Of a stretch of 64,000 bases of DNA, positions 16,978-26,226 are shown in pieces. A model generated the notes under the pieces. The model saw only the letters and a list, made by a program, of their open reading frames with translations. It was not told the origin of the DNA and did no database searches. Numbering within the stretch: position 1 is the stretch's first letter; each line of letters starts with the position of its first letter. The translations under genes were made by a program, and so were the position numbers. Source of the DNA: Armatimonadota bacterium. Its GTDB lineage: Bacteria; Armatimonadota; UBA5829. The DNA lies in NCBI GenBank assembly GCA_052035525.1, contig JBPOHN010000035.1, positions 7,135 to 71,134 on the forward strand, read 5' to 3'.

Positions 16978-17454
16978 ATGGTCACCATGGACAGCATACG
17001 CGAATTCAGCCGACGGCTGGCGACAGAGTTTCACCCGGAGCGGATTGTCCTGTTCGGGTCTTACGCTTCAGGCACCCCCACGTCCGATTCTGACGTCGAT
17101 CTACTCGTCGTAATGCCGTTCGAGGGTAAGCCAGTCAACCAGTCCGTAGAGATGAGAGTCCGACTGCGGCCTAAGTTCGCGGTTGACCTGATCGTGCGCA
17201 CCCCGCAAGCAGTCCAGCAGCGGCTGGAGATGGGTGATCCGTTTATGCGTGACGTGCTTCGTGACGGAAAGGTGCTCTATGAAGCCGAACCGACCTGGGA
17301 GCTATCGCGGGTGGACTCGGCATATCTTTCGGACTTCGCGGTGGCTTTTCGCTATCCCGGCGAGGCAGCAGACAAGGAATCCGCACTTGATGCTCACCGC
17401 CGCTGCCGTGCATTTCGCTCAGTAGCGCGCACCGCATTCAAGCTACCCCTCTAG
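16978..17454 (+). CDS. Minimal nucleotidyltransferase (MNT antitoxin-like) fused to the C-terminal end of a HEPN domain
   Basis: LFGSYASGTPTSDSDVDLLVV is the GSx10DxD NTase motif. The C-terminal 55 aa (LSDFAVAFRYPGEAADKESAL...) match only the tail of HEPN domains, with no Rx4-6H motif. Confidence 0.6.
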   Translation: MVTMDSIREFSRRLATEFHPERIVLFGSYASGTPTSDSDVDLLVVMPFEGKPVNQSVEMRVRLRPKFAVDLIVRTPQAVQQRLEMGDPFMRDVLRDGKVLYEAEPTWELSRVDSAYLSDFAVAFRYPGEAADKESALDAHRRCRAFRSVARTAFKLPL

Positions 17455-18879
17455 CCTCTGCACAAACCACTCCATCGCCTGCCTCGCCTTCTCGATCTTG
17501 AGCTCCTTGCGGTCGCGCTTGTGGTGCTTTTCGGTGAGCTCAGGCAGGATGCCGAAGTTGGAGTTCATAGGCTGGAAGTCGTCGATTGGGCAGCTGGCCA
17601 CATAGTCCACAAGCGCCCCGAGGATCGTTTCCTTCGGCGGCACGACCGGCTCCTCTCCCAGGGCAACCCTCGCGGCGTTGATTCCCGCGAGTATCCCAGA
17701 CGCGGCGGATTCCATATAGCCCTCAACGCCCGTAAGTTGCCCTGCGAAGAACAGACCTCTGCCTCCCCCCTTGCCAAGGGACGCCAGGCCCTTCCTTCCC
17801 CCCTTGCGAAGGGGGGACACAGGGGGGTCTGGACGCAAGTGCAGCGCCGGGGTCAGCAGATTCGGCGAGTCGATGTAGGTGTTGCGATGGACGGCGCCGT
17901 AGCGCACGAACTCCGCGTGCTCCAGGCCGGGGATCATTCTGAACACCCGTTCCTGCTCCGACTGCCTGAGCTGAGTCTGAAACCCGACCAACCCGTAAAC
18001 GCTGCCCTCGGTGTTCTCCTGCCGGAGTTGGACGACCGCATGAGGCCGCCTACCTGTGTGAGGGTCCGTCAATCCGACGGGCTTCATCGTGCCGTGAGCA
18101 AGCGTATCCCTGCCGCGCCGGGCGATCTCCTCGACGGGCATACATCCCTCGAAGTAGGCCCTGCCGCATCCTGAGCCTGTCGAAGGGTCGCCGGCAACGC
18201 GCTCCTCCTCCAGGTGCAGGTGCGCGATCTTGGCCTCAAGCAGCGCATCGATAAACGCTTCGTACTCCTCGCGGGTCATCGGGCAGTTGATGTAAGCCGC
18301 CTCGCCCTTGTCGTAGCGAGACTGCCGGAAGACCTTGCTCTGATCAATGCTGTCGTACTCGACCGAGGGCGCGATCGCGTCGAAGAAGTGCAGGTGCTGC
18401 GCGCCAGTCAGGTTCTTGATGCTCTCCTCGAGCGCAGGCGAAGTGAGCGGCCCCGTTGCAATGATGCACGGCACGATCTCCCCTTCATTCGTAACTAGTG
18501 ATTCGTAACTCGTGACTTCTTCCCTGATCACCTCGATCAACGGATTACCCTCAACGGCTTCGGTGACAAGGTCGGCGAAGCGCTCCCTATCCACGCACAG
18601 CGCGTCCCCGCCGGGGACGGCGGCCTTCGCGGCGCAGTCGAGGATGATCGAACCCAGCCGCCTCATCTCCTCCTTCAGCAGCCCGTGCGCCGTGCCGGGC
18701 GAGTTGGACTTGAGGGAACTGGAGCATACGAGTTCCGCGAGCTTGCCCGACCTGTGCGCGGGCGTCATCACATTCGGCCGCATCTCATACAGCTTGGCGC
18801 GAATCCCGCGCTTTGCTATCTGAAAAGCGGCCTCGCATCCCGCAAGCCCACCGCCGATGATGATCACTTCATCTGCCAT
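17443..18879 (-). CDS. trmFO: Methylenetetrahydrofolate-tRNA-(uracil54-C5)-methyltransferase
   Basis: Motifs VIIIGGGLAGCEAA, IATGPLTS, FAGQLTGVEGYMESAASG. The Met at 18879 is the preferred start. Confidence 0.9.
   Translation of the reverse strand: MADEVIIIGGGLAGCEAAFQIAKRGIRAKLYEMRPNVMTPAHRSGKLAELVCSSSLKSNSPGTAHGLLKEEMRRLGSIILDCAAKAAVPGGDALCVDRERFADLVTEAVEGNPLIEVIREEVTSYESLVTNEGEIVPCIIATGPLTSPALEESIKNLTGAQHLHFFDAIAPSVEYDSIDQSKVFRQSRYDKGEAAYINCPMTREEYEAFIDALLEAKIAHLHLEEERVAGDPSTGSGCGRAYFEGCMPVEEIARRGRDTLAHGTMKPVGLTDPHTGRRPHAVVQLRQENTEGSVYGLVGFQTQLRQSEQERVFRMIPGLEHAEFVRYGAVHRNTYIDSPNLLTPALHLRPDPPVSPLRKGGRKGLASLGKGGGRGLFFAGQLTGVEGYMESAASGILAGINAARVALGEEPVVPPKETILGALVDYVASCPIDDFQPMNSNFGILPELTEKHHKRDRKELKIEKARQAMEWFVQRLEG
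17757..17833. repeat. Two G/C-stem hairpin repeat units inside trmFO
   Basis: CCCTTGCCAAGGG (17768-17780) and CCCCCC-TTGCGAA-GGGGGG (17798-17816). They encode PPVSPLRKGGRKGLASLGKGGGRG. Confidence 0.7.
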
Positions 18880-19269
18880 ATCACGGAGATTATACCAAAG
18901 AACTGTCCCCCAACCATAAACCCTCAATCCTCATGCCGTCTTTCGCTCGTGAACAACATTTAACTGAAGTTTCAATCTTTCGATGTACAGAAATGGCCTT
19001 CTCGCCGTCTTATAATTATGGGGGACAAATGTCTACGCAACACATCCGGCCCCGGCTTCCGCGCCTCCCGGAGTCTGTTTTCTCAGATAACATATGCTGT
19101 GCGCCAGGCGGCCCGCTCCTTTCCAAGAGGCTTGAGGGAGGTCAGAAAACGGGCGCGGGTCAGACTTCGCTGTTCTGCTTCCCGATTGGAACCTTCTGCG
19201 ATATAATAATCGTCTATACACAAACACCAGATCGGGATCGTGTGACCACACTTTGAAGGAGGGGCTAGA

Positions 19270-20799
19270 TTGGCGGACAACAGGACACCGGTGGACGGGC
19301 TTTCGGCGGAGCAGCTGTTCGGATCAGGCAAGGGCCTGACGTATGACGATTTTATCGTGCTACCCGGATACATTGACTTCCAGGCGAGCGAAGTCGACCT
19401 TGAGACCTATGTCACGCGCAACATCAAGATCAAACGGCCCCTCGTCAGTTCACCGATGGACACGGTTACCGAATGGAAGATGGCGGCGACGCTGGCGCTG
19501 CTGGGCGGTATAGGCATCGTTCACTACAACAATTCCGTCGAGGCCCAGGTCGAACACGTCCGCAAGGTGAAGAGGTTCGAGAACGGGTTCATTATGGACG
19601 CCGTCGTGCTGAGCCCCAGGAACACCGTCAAGGATGTTGACGAGATCAAGCAGGAGCACGGGTTTTCGGGCATTCCGATAACCGAGGACGGAACGCTGGG
19701 CTCGAAGCTGGTTGGCATTGTTACAAACCGCGATATCGACTTCGAAAAGGACCGCAGCAGACCGCTCTCGGAAGTGATGACCACCGAGCTTGTCACCGCC
19801 AAAGAGGGCGTAACCCTCCACGAGGCAAACCAGATCCTCAAGCAGAGCAAGAAGGGCAAGCTGCCCGTGGTCGACGACCAGTTCAGGCTGGTCTCGCTGC
19901 TATCCCGGCGCGACCTGCTCAAGAACAAGGAGTTCCCGTATTCATCGAAGAGCGCCGACAAGCAGCTTCTGGTGGGCGCGGCGGTTTCGACTCGCACCGA
20001 GGACAGAGAGCGGGTCGAGGCACTGGCGGATGCAGGCGCGGATATTATTCTGATCGACTCCGCGCAGGGCTACTCGGTGTTCCAGATCGAGATGCTCAAG
20101 TTCATCAAGGCCAACTTCCCTCATGTGGACGTGATAGCAGGTAACGTGGTCACAGTCGATCAGGCGCGAGCCCTAATAGAGGCCGGCGCCGATGGGCTGC
20201 GTGTCGGCATGGGACCCGGTTCGATCTGCATCACCCAGACGATGATGGCAGTCGGCAGGCCGCAGGCAAGCGCGGTCTATCATTGCGCGAACTACGCCAG
20301 GCAGTTCGGTGTTCCTGTAGTTGCCGACGGCGGAATTCAGGGAATCGGGCATATCGCCAAGGCGCTTTCGATAGGCGCCGGCGCGGTGATGGCCGGATAC
20401 CTGCTCGCAGGCACGACCGAAGCCCCGGGTGAATACTTCTACGAAAACGGCATGCGCGTGAAGCGCTACAGAGGCATGGCGAGCGTGGAGGCAATGAGCG
20501 CAGGCGGCGGCAAGCGTTACCTGAGCGAGGACAACAAGGTCGTGGTGCCGCAGGGAGTGTCGGGAACCGTCCTCGACCGCGGCTCACTGGTGGATTACGT
20601 CCCCTATTTGATGAAGGGGCTGCAGCAGAGCTTCCAGGACATGGGGCACCGCACCGTTCCATCACTGCGCGAGGCGCTTTACTCCGGCGTCATGCGATTC
20701 GAGCACAGGACCGCCGCCGCGCAGGCCGAGGGCACAGTCCACAGCCTGCACTCCTACAGCCCGCCCAAGTTCGGGCGGATACAGGTGGATGGATTCTAG
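19270..20799 (+). CDS. guaB: IMP dehydrogenase
   Basis: Motifs [16 protein letters not shown], a CBS pair and [10 protein letters not shown] start after GAAGGAGGGG. Confidence 0.9.
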   Translation: MADNRTPVDGLSAEQLFGSGKGLTYDDFIVLPGYIDFQASEVDLETYVTRNIKIKRPLVSSPMDTVTEWKMAATLALLGGIGIVHYNNSVEAQVEHVRKVKRFENGFIMDAVVLSPRNTVKDVDEIKQEHGFSGIPITEDGTLGSKLVGIVTNRDIDFEKDRSRPLSEVMTTELVTAKEGVTLHEANQILKQSKKGKLPVVDDQFRLVSLLSRRDLLKNKEFPYSSKSADKQLLVGAAVSTRTEDRERVEALADAGADIILIDSAQGYSVFQIEMLKFIKANFPHVDVIAGNVVTVDQARALIEAGADGLRVGMGPGSICITQTMMAVGRPQASAVYHCANYARQFGVPVVADGGIQGIGHIAKALSIGAGAVMAGYLLAGTTEAPGEYFYENGMRVKRYRGMASVEAMSAGGGKRYLSEDNKVVVPQGVSGTVLDRGSLVDYVPYLMKGLQQSFQDMGHRTVPSLREALYSGVMRFEHRTAAAQAEGTVHSLHSYSPPKFGRIQVDGF

Positions 20800-20832
20800 G
20801 CATTTGCAATTTGCAGTCTGCAATTGACAATC

Positions 20833-20853
20833 GGGCCGGGAATATCCCGGCCC
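20833..20853 (+). terminator. Stem-loop after guaB
   Basis: GGGCCGGGA-ATA-TCCCGGCCC followed by TTGCTGT. It is preceded by the heptamer run ATTTGCA ATTTGCA GTCTGCA ATTGACA (20801-20833). Confidence 0.5.
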
Positions 20854-20894
20854 TTGCTGTATGAAGAGAAGCGAGCATAGAGTGGGAGGCTAGC

Positions 20895-22034
20895 GTGAGC
20901 AACGATATCGAGGTGGCGGTGTATTACTTCCCGGAGTATCACGCGGACGCGCGGAACGATAAGTGGCACGGGAAGGGCTGGACTGAATGGGAGCTTATGA
21001 AGGCTGCCCGGCCTCGCTTTGAGGGACATCGACAGCCGAAGGTGCCGGCGTGGGGCTACTTCGATGAGTCCGATCCCCAGTGGGCGGCCAAGGAAATCGA
21101 TCTTGCCGCAGATTCGGGCATCACCGCGTTCATCTACGACTGGTATTGGTGGGAGGACGGCCCGTTCCTCGAAGACGGCCTCAATAAGGGATTCTTGAAC
21201 GCGCCGAACCGCGACCGGCTGAAGTTCGCCCTGATGTGGGCGAATCACGACTGGCTGGACATCCATCCGGCGAAGGCCAGTAGCCCTGCGGCTATGCTTG
21301 CATCCGGGAAGGTCTCGCGCGAGGCGTTTGACCGGGCGGTGAATCACGTCATTGGCGACTATTTCTCTCAGCCGAACTATTGGACGATCGACGGTCAGCC
21401 ATACTTCTCCATATACGACATCGGCGCGCTGATAGAGGGGCTTGGCGGGTTCCGTCAGACCCGTGACGCGCTGGCCTCGTTCAGGGAAGAGACGATCGCG
21501 GCGGGCTTCCCGGGGCTGCACTTGAACTGCGTGGTGTGGGGGATCAAGGTGCTGCCGGGCGAGGCGGGCGTGGCCGAACCCGAGCGAGTGGTACCGGATC
21601 TCGGCTTCACGAGCGTCGGCAGCTACGTGTGGGTCCACTATCACTATCCCGACTGGGATGGCTTCCCGCGAGGCGACTTGCGCAAGGCGGCGGAGCGGAA
21701 CTACAAGGTCTGGGAAGAGCTGAGTTCTCAGTTCCCGCTGCCGTATCATCCGAACGTGACGATGGGTTGGGACCCGAGCCCTCGCACGATGCAGAGCGAC
21801 ATATTCGAGCCCAGAGGCTACACGTGGACGGCGATCCTCGAGGATGATCCCGTAGTTTTCAGAGAGGCGCTCGAAAAAGCGAAGGCGTTCGTGTCGCGTC
21901 CGGAGTGCAAGCAGAAGATCATCACCATCAACGCCTGGAACGAGTGGACCGAGGGCAGCTATCTGCTGCCGGATACGGAACACGGGACGGCTTACACTGA
22001 TGCGATAAGGGACGTGTTCGGTGTTTATGGTTGA
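20895..22034 (+). CDS. GH99-like / WbsX-family glycoside hydrolase-like protein
   Basis: YYFPEYHADARNDKWHGKGWTEWELMKAARPRFEGHRQP matches the WbsX (PF14307) N-terminal signature. The fully overlapping minus-strand ORF is Arg-rich antisense. Confidence 0.7.
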   Translation: MSNDIEVAVYYFPEYHADARNDKWHGKGWTEWELMKAARPRFEGHRQPKVPAWGYFDESDPQWAAKEIDLAADSGITAFIYDWYWWEDGPFLEDGLNKGFLNAPNRDRLKFALMWANHDWLDIHPAKASSPAAMLASGKVSREAFDRAVNHVIGDYFSQPNYWTIDGQPYFSIYDIGALIEGLGGFRQTRDALASFREETIAAGFPGLHLNCVVWGIKVLPGEAGVAEPERVVPDLGFTSVGSYVWVHYHYPDWDGFPRGDLRKAAERNYKVWEELSSQFPLPYHPNVTMGWDPSPRTMQSDIFEPRGYTWTAILEDDPVVFREALEKAKAFVSRPECKQKIITINAWNEWTEGSYLLPDTEHGTAYTDAIRDVFGVYG

Positions 22035-22064
22035 GGCCAGGCGTAGCCCGGCCTCAACCGTTTT
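22029..22064. terminator. Bidirectional stem-loop between convergent genes
   Basis: GGTTGAGGCC-N11-GGCCTCAACC followed by GTTTT. It overlaps the stop codon of the plus-strand gene. Confidence 0.6.
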
Positions 22065-22067
22065 GAT

Positions 22068-23171
22068 CTATTCGTCTAGCTGGCCGTGCAGGAGGCCCAG
22101 CGGCAGCGGCTGAGGCCGCGCGACCGTGCTCTCCAGCTCGATGTGCTTGCCGGTATCGGACGCATCGTGGAATGCGTGCATGATGTCGAGCACATGGTAG
22201 GCCAGGTCGCCGCTTGCTCGGTGGCCTCTGCCCGATCTGAGCGCATACGCCATATCCGCGACGCCGATTCCGCGGCTGTTTTCCGCGTAGCCGTGCGACA
22301 GCGCCACGGGGCTCCACTCGCCGGCGCCCTGGCGCCTGATCTTCACCGGTCCGCCGAACCCGTTCGGATCGGGAACGCTGAGGCTGCCGGTTGTGCCGTA
22401 GATCTCGATCCTCGGCAGCTCGGCCGCCCAGACATCGAAGCTGGTAATGATGGAAGCGACCGCGCCGTTGGCGAAGTCAACGATTCCCGCAACGTGCGTG
22501 GGAACGTCAACGACGACTTTGGTGCCGTATTTCGGCGCGCTGGTGATGGTGCGCTCGGGGAAGGTGATCCGGGTCGAGCCGGTCACACGCTTTGCCGGGC
22601 CCATCAGGGCGACAAGCGCGGTCAGATAGTAAGGACCCATATCGAACATAGGACCGCCGCCGACCTTGTAGTAGAACTCAGGATCGGGGTGCCAGCTTTC
22701 GTGGCCGTGGCACATCATGAACGCCGTCGCGCCTATCGGTTCGCCGATCCAGCCGTCGTCGATGAGCTTGACGCAGGTCTGGATGCCGGCGCCCATGAAC
22801 GTATCCGGCGCGCAGCCGACCCGCACACCCTTAGCCTTAGCCGCAGCGAGCATCTTCTTGCCGTCCTCGCGGGTTATGGCGAGCGGCTTCTCGTTGTGGA
22901 CCGACTTACCGGCCTCGATCGCCGCCATAGCAACCGACGCATGAGCGTTCGGGATCGTGAGGTTCATCACAATCTGGATGTCGGGATCGGCCAGAAGTGC
23001 TTCGGGCGAAGGATACGCTTTGCAGCCGTGCTCCTCGGCCTTGGCTTTCGCCCGCTCCGGCAGAAGATCCGCGCAGCCCACGATGTCGAGTATCTCGAAC
23101 GTCTTGCCTGCCTGGAAGTAGATATTGCTGATGTTACCGCATCCGATGATGCCAACCTTGGTGGGAGTCAT
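22068..23171 (-). CDS. Gfo/Idh/MocA family oxidoreductase
   Basis: N-terminal Rossmann motif [14 protein letters not shown], with family-typical length and layout. Confidence 0.8.
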   Translation of the reverse strand: MTPTKVGIIGCGNISNIYFQAGKTFEILDIVGCADLLPERAKAKAEEHGCKAYPSPEALLADPDIQIVMNLTIPNAHASVAMAAIEAGKSVHNEKPLAITREDGKKMLAAAKAKGVRVGCAPDTFMGAGIQTCVKLIDDGWIGEPIGATAFMMCHGHESWHPDPEFYYKVGGGPMFDMGPYYLTALVALMGPAKRVTGSTRITFPERTITSAPKYGTKVVVDVPTHVAGIVDFANGAVASIITSFDVWAAELPRIEIYGTTGSLSVPDPNGFGGPVKIRRQGAGEWSPVALSHGYAENSRGIGVADMAYALRSGRGHRASGDLAYHVLDIMHAFHDASDTGKHIELESTVARPQPLPLGLLHGQLDE

Positions 23172-23174
23172 TTC

Positions 23175-23825
23175 TTACCTCGCTGCCCAGATCATTCCGC
23201 GTTTCATTATTTCGAGAACCTCGGGAACGTCGAAGTCCGACGCCGAGTGTCCGAGGGAGGAGTAGAACACCTTGCCCGCGCCGTATCTGCGCTTCCAGAC
23301 CGCCGGCATTATGCAGCCCTTGACCCAGGGCGCTTCATCCGTATGACCGAGGATGGACACAGCCAGGACCTCGTTTGAGGGGTCCACGTGCATATAGTAC
23401 TGCTCCGAGTGCATCTTGAAGTCATTCAGGCCCTCGATGATCGGATCACCGGTGTAGCTGAGCAGCTTCACTTCGTAGTCGATGATCCCGCCGGGGTGCG
23501 CGACCCACTGGCCGCCGACGAGGAACTGGTAGCCGGTGTTGGTGCGAAATGCGTCGCCCGCGCCGCCGTGCCAGCCCGCGAAGCCGACGCCGCTCTTTAC
23601 GGCCTGCTCCATACCGCTCCACTGTTCGCCGCTGATGTCGGTCATGGTGAAGCAGGGCACGATCAGGTCGTACGACTTCACCTCATCGACGTCCTTGAAC
23701 GCGTCGAGGGTGTCCTTTACGACAACCTCGAAACCCGCATCCGCAAGCGCGGCAGAAGCCTTTTCGGTGGTTTGTCTTGGCTCATGGCCTTCCCAACCAC
23801 CCCATGCAAACAAAGCTCGTTTCAT
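23175..23825 (-). CDS. ThuA domain protein (trehalose-utilisation-like)
   Basis: GWHGG and SLGH blocks. It lies 3 nt upstream of the oxidoreductase gene on the same strand. Confidence 0.7.
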   Translation of the reverse strand: MKRALFAWGGWEGHEPRQTTEKASAALADAGFEVVVKDTLDAFKDVDEVKSYDLIVPCFTMTDISGEQWSGMEQAVKSGVGFAGWHGGAGDAFRTNTGYQFLVGGQWVAHPGGIIDYEVKLLSYTGDPIIEGLNDFKMHSEQYYMHVDPSNEVLAVSILGHTDEAPWVKGCIMPAVWKRRYGAGKVFYSSLGHSASDFDVPEVLEIMKRGMIWAAR

Positions 23826-23915
23826 TGCTTATCTCCTGCAACTATGGATGTGCTCATTAAACCGCAACTAGGGTAGCACCCGAGGCGGGATAATGCAACG
23901 AGACCAGCTCAACTA

Positions 23916-23944
23916 TTCCCAAAAACGCGGAGGTTTGGTATATT
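23916..23944 (+). promoter_or_regulatory. Sigma70-type promoter for the ABC transporter operon
   Basis: TTCCCA, a 17-nt spacer, then TATATT. The RBS AAAGGAG follows before the ATG at 23967. Confidence 0.4.
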
Positions 23945-23966
23945 AATACGGCCAAAGGAGAAATCT

Positions 23967-24878
23967 ATGGGGCGAGGCAAGAAAGGAAGCAAAGGAGCTT
24001 CAAGCAGCAAGCTTAGACGTGAACTGACGGGTGACGCGTTCATAGCGCCGTGGTTGATCGGATTTGCTGCCTTTACTCTGGGGCCGTTTCTGGCGAGCAT
24101 CTACCTCTCGTTCACCAGATACGATATCATCTCCTCGCCGGTGTGGGTGGGGACCGCGAACTACAAGCACCTGCTGAACCACGATCCGCTGTTCTGGAAA
24201 GCGCTCGGTATCACGCTCAAGTACGCGGCGGTGGCGGTTCCGCTGGGGATCTTCACGGGCGTGTGTCTTGCGCTGCTGCTGAACAGCAAGATAGCCGGCA
24301 TCAGCATCTATCGTACGATCTTCTTCATCCCATCGATTGTGCCGCTTGTTGCTACCTGCGTCGTCTTCATGTGGATTCTGAATCCGCAGATCGGGCTGGT
24401 GAATGGGATCCTGAAGCTGTTCGGTGTTGTGGGACCGGCATGGCTGATGGATGCGAAGTGGGCGATTTGGTCGCTAGTGTTCATGTCCGTGTGGGGTGTC
24501 GGCGGGAGCATGATCATCTACCTCGCTGGACTCAAAGACATCCCGGCGCATCTGTATGAGGCCGCGATGATCGACGGCGCCAGTGCCTGGCAGCGCACCA
24601 GGCACGTCACGCTGCCGATGATGACACCGGTGATCTTCTTCAACCTCGTGATGGGCGTCATTCACGCGTTCCAGTACTTCACGCAGGCCTTCATTATGAC
24701 GCAGGGCGGCCCGGAGGAGAGCACCACATTCTATGCGCTCTATCTGTTCTACCGCGCGTGGCGGTATCTGGACATGGGCTACGCGAGCGCAATGGCGTGG
24801 ATACTATTCGTCGTCATCATGGTCTTCACCGGGCTTATCCTCAAGTCCCAAAAGAAGTGGGTGCATTATGGTAGCTGA
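23967..24878 (+). CDS. Carbohydrate ABC transporter permease (MalF/UgpA-like)
   Basis: Six TM segments. EAA-type loop YEAAMIDGASAWQRTRHVTLP. Confidence 0.8.
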   Translation: MGRGKKGSKGASSSKLRRELTGDAFIAPWLIGFAAFTLGPFLASIYLSFTRYDIISSPVWVGTANYKHLLNHDPLFWKALGITLKYAAVAVPLGIFTGVCLALLLNSKIAGISIYRTIFFIPSIVPLVATCVVFMWILNPQIGLVNGILKLFGVVGPAWLMDAKWAIWSLVFMSVWGVGGSMIIYLAGLKDIPAHLYEAAMIDGASAWQRTRHVTLPMMTPVIFFNLVMGVIHAFQYFTQAFIMTQGGPEESTTFYALYLFYRAWRYLDMGYASAMAWILFVVIMVFTGLILKSQKKWVHYGS

Positions 24879-26226
24879 CAGAAACGGCCGGCTAGCTATC
24901 ATTCTGCTTTTGACGTGCGCGCTCATTGCCGCATCGATCTTCTATATCACGCACAGGCGGCCGGCGGCGCGGCAGGAACGTCCACAGCGCGAGAGAGTCA
25001 TTATGTGGCACATGTGGACCGCGGAATGGAAGGCGGTGGTTGATCGGATCGTCGAGCGCTTCAATGAGAGCCAGGACAAATATGAAGTGGTTGCGCTGTC
25101 GGTGCCGGCATCGGCGGCGGATGCGAAGTTCCTGCTGGCTGTGGCGGGCGGATCGAGTCCGGATATTATGTGCCAGTGGACGCAGGTCATCCCCAGTTGG
25201 GCCGAGAAGGGCATACTGCAGCCGCTCGACGAGTTGATGACCCCCGAGGAGTGGGAGGACTTCAAGAAGACCACGTTCCCCTGCGTGAAGAAGATCGGGA
25301 TCTACAAGGGGAGGCTCTACGGCGTCACGACGGGCATGAACACGTGGGCCTGCTACTACATTCCTCAGGATTTCCGGGATGCAGGCATGGACCCCGACAA
25401 GTTCCCAAAGACGCTGGAAGAGCTGGTAGAGGTCGGGTATAAGCTGAACAAGTTCGACGAGAAAGGCAATCTCATCCACATGGGCTTCCTGGCCAAGTGG
25501 TGGCTGCTATATGTGAACGGCTTCGGCGGCGGGTTCTACGACTGGAAGAACAACAGGCTGAATCTCGATGACCCCGGCAACCTGCGGGCGCTGGAGTTCC
25601 TCACGGAGCAGCGAAAGAAGCTGGGGTTCCACAACGTCGTGCGTTACGAGTCGGGGCTGCAGACCGGTGTAGGCGGCGCGGAGTGGCCCTTTATGACGGG
25701 CGCTTACTCGATAGTAGCTGACGGCCAGTGGCGGGTGCAGCAGCTCGCCAAGTTCGCGCCGAAGCTGGAATATCGCACGGCCCCGATTCCTCCTCCCGTG
25801 GGCGGACGGCCGAACTACTGCCACTCAAACGGCAACTTCATCCTGATTCCAAAGACCGCGAAGAACGTGAAAGGAGCATGGGCGTTTGCGAAGTTCTGGT
25901 CGGGGCTCGACAATCCCGAGCGCGCGGCGGAGTTCGCTACGTGGGGCGGCTGGCTGCCGATCAACAGCAGGGTCGTCAACGCGCCAATCTACCAGAAGTA
26001 TATCAAGGAGCATCCGCAGTTCAAGACGTTCGTGGACCTGATGGCCAGTGAGAACGTTTCGCCTAGCTCTCCGGTGCCGTTCCAGAACTACCTGGGCGAC
26101 AGGATAGCACGGGCGGATGATCTGGCGATGAGAGGATCGCTCACGCCGAAGCAAGCGATAGAGGAGCTCAAGAAGGACGTGGCGCAGGAGATCAAGCGCA
26201 GGAAGGAACTGCGGTATGACGACTAG
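24868..26226 (+). CDS. ABC transporter extracellular solute-binding protein (family 1)
   Basis: ATG at 24868 gives an N-terminal anchor (LAIILLLTCALIAASIFYI). The track start at 24733 overlaps the previous gene. Confidence 0.7.
   Translation: MVADRNGRLAIILLLTCALIAASIFYITHRRPAARQERPQRERVIMWHMWTAEWKAVVDRIVERFNESQDKYEVVALSVPASAADAKFLLAVAGGSSPDIMCQWTQVIPSWAEKGILQPLDELMTPEEWEDFKKTTFPCVKKIGIYKGRLYGVTTGMNTWACYYIPQDFRDAGMDPDKFPKTLEELVEVGYKLNKFDEKGNLIHMGFLAKWWLLYVNGFGGGFYDWKNNRLNLDDPGNLRALEFLTEQRKKLGFHNVVRYESGLQTGVGGAEWPFMTGAYSIVADGQWRVQQLAKFAPKLEYRTAPIPPPVGGRPNYCHSNGNFILIPKTAKNVKGAWAFAKFWSGLDNPERAAEFATWGGWLPINSRVVNAPIYQKYIKEHPQFKTFVDLMASENVSPSSPVPFQNYLGDRIARADDLAMRGSLTPKQAIEELKKDVAQEIKRRKELRYDD

Noticed and set aside
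18930-19269. 340-bp AT-richer region upstream of guaB, examined for a purine riboswitch or small RNA
   Set aside because: I could not find the conserved purine-riboswitch core or any convincing conserved structure by eye. The small ORFs there (for example 18933..19256) have no coding signature. A covariance-model scan would be needed to be sure.
20796-21983. 395-aa minus-strand ORF fully overlapping the GH99/WbsX-like gene
   Set aside because: Its translation is Arg/Pro/His-rich with no recognisable motif. The plus-strand frame carries the clear WbsX signature. This is a typical antisense ORF in GC-rich DNA.
22086-23378. 430-aa plus-strand ORF antisense to the Gfo/Idh/MocA and ThuA genes
   Set aside because: Arg/Asp/His-rich low-complexity translation that spans two well-supported minus-strand genes.
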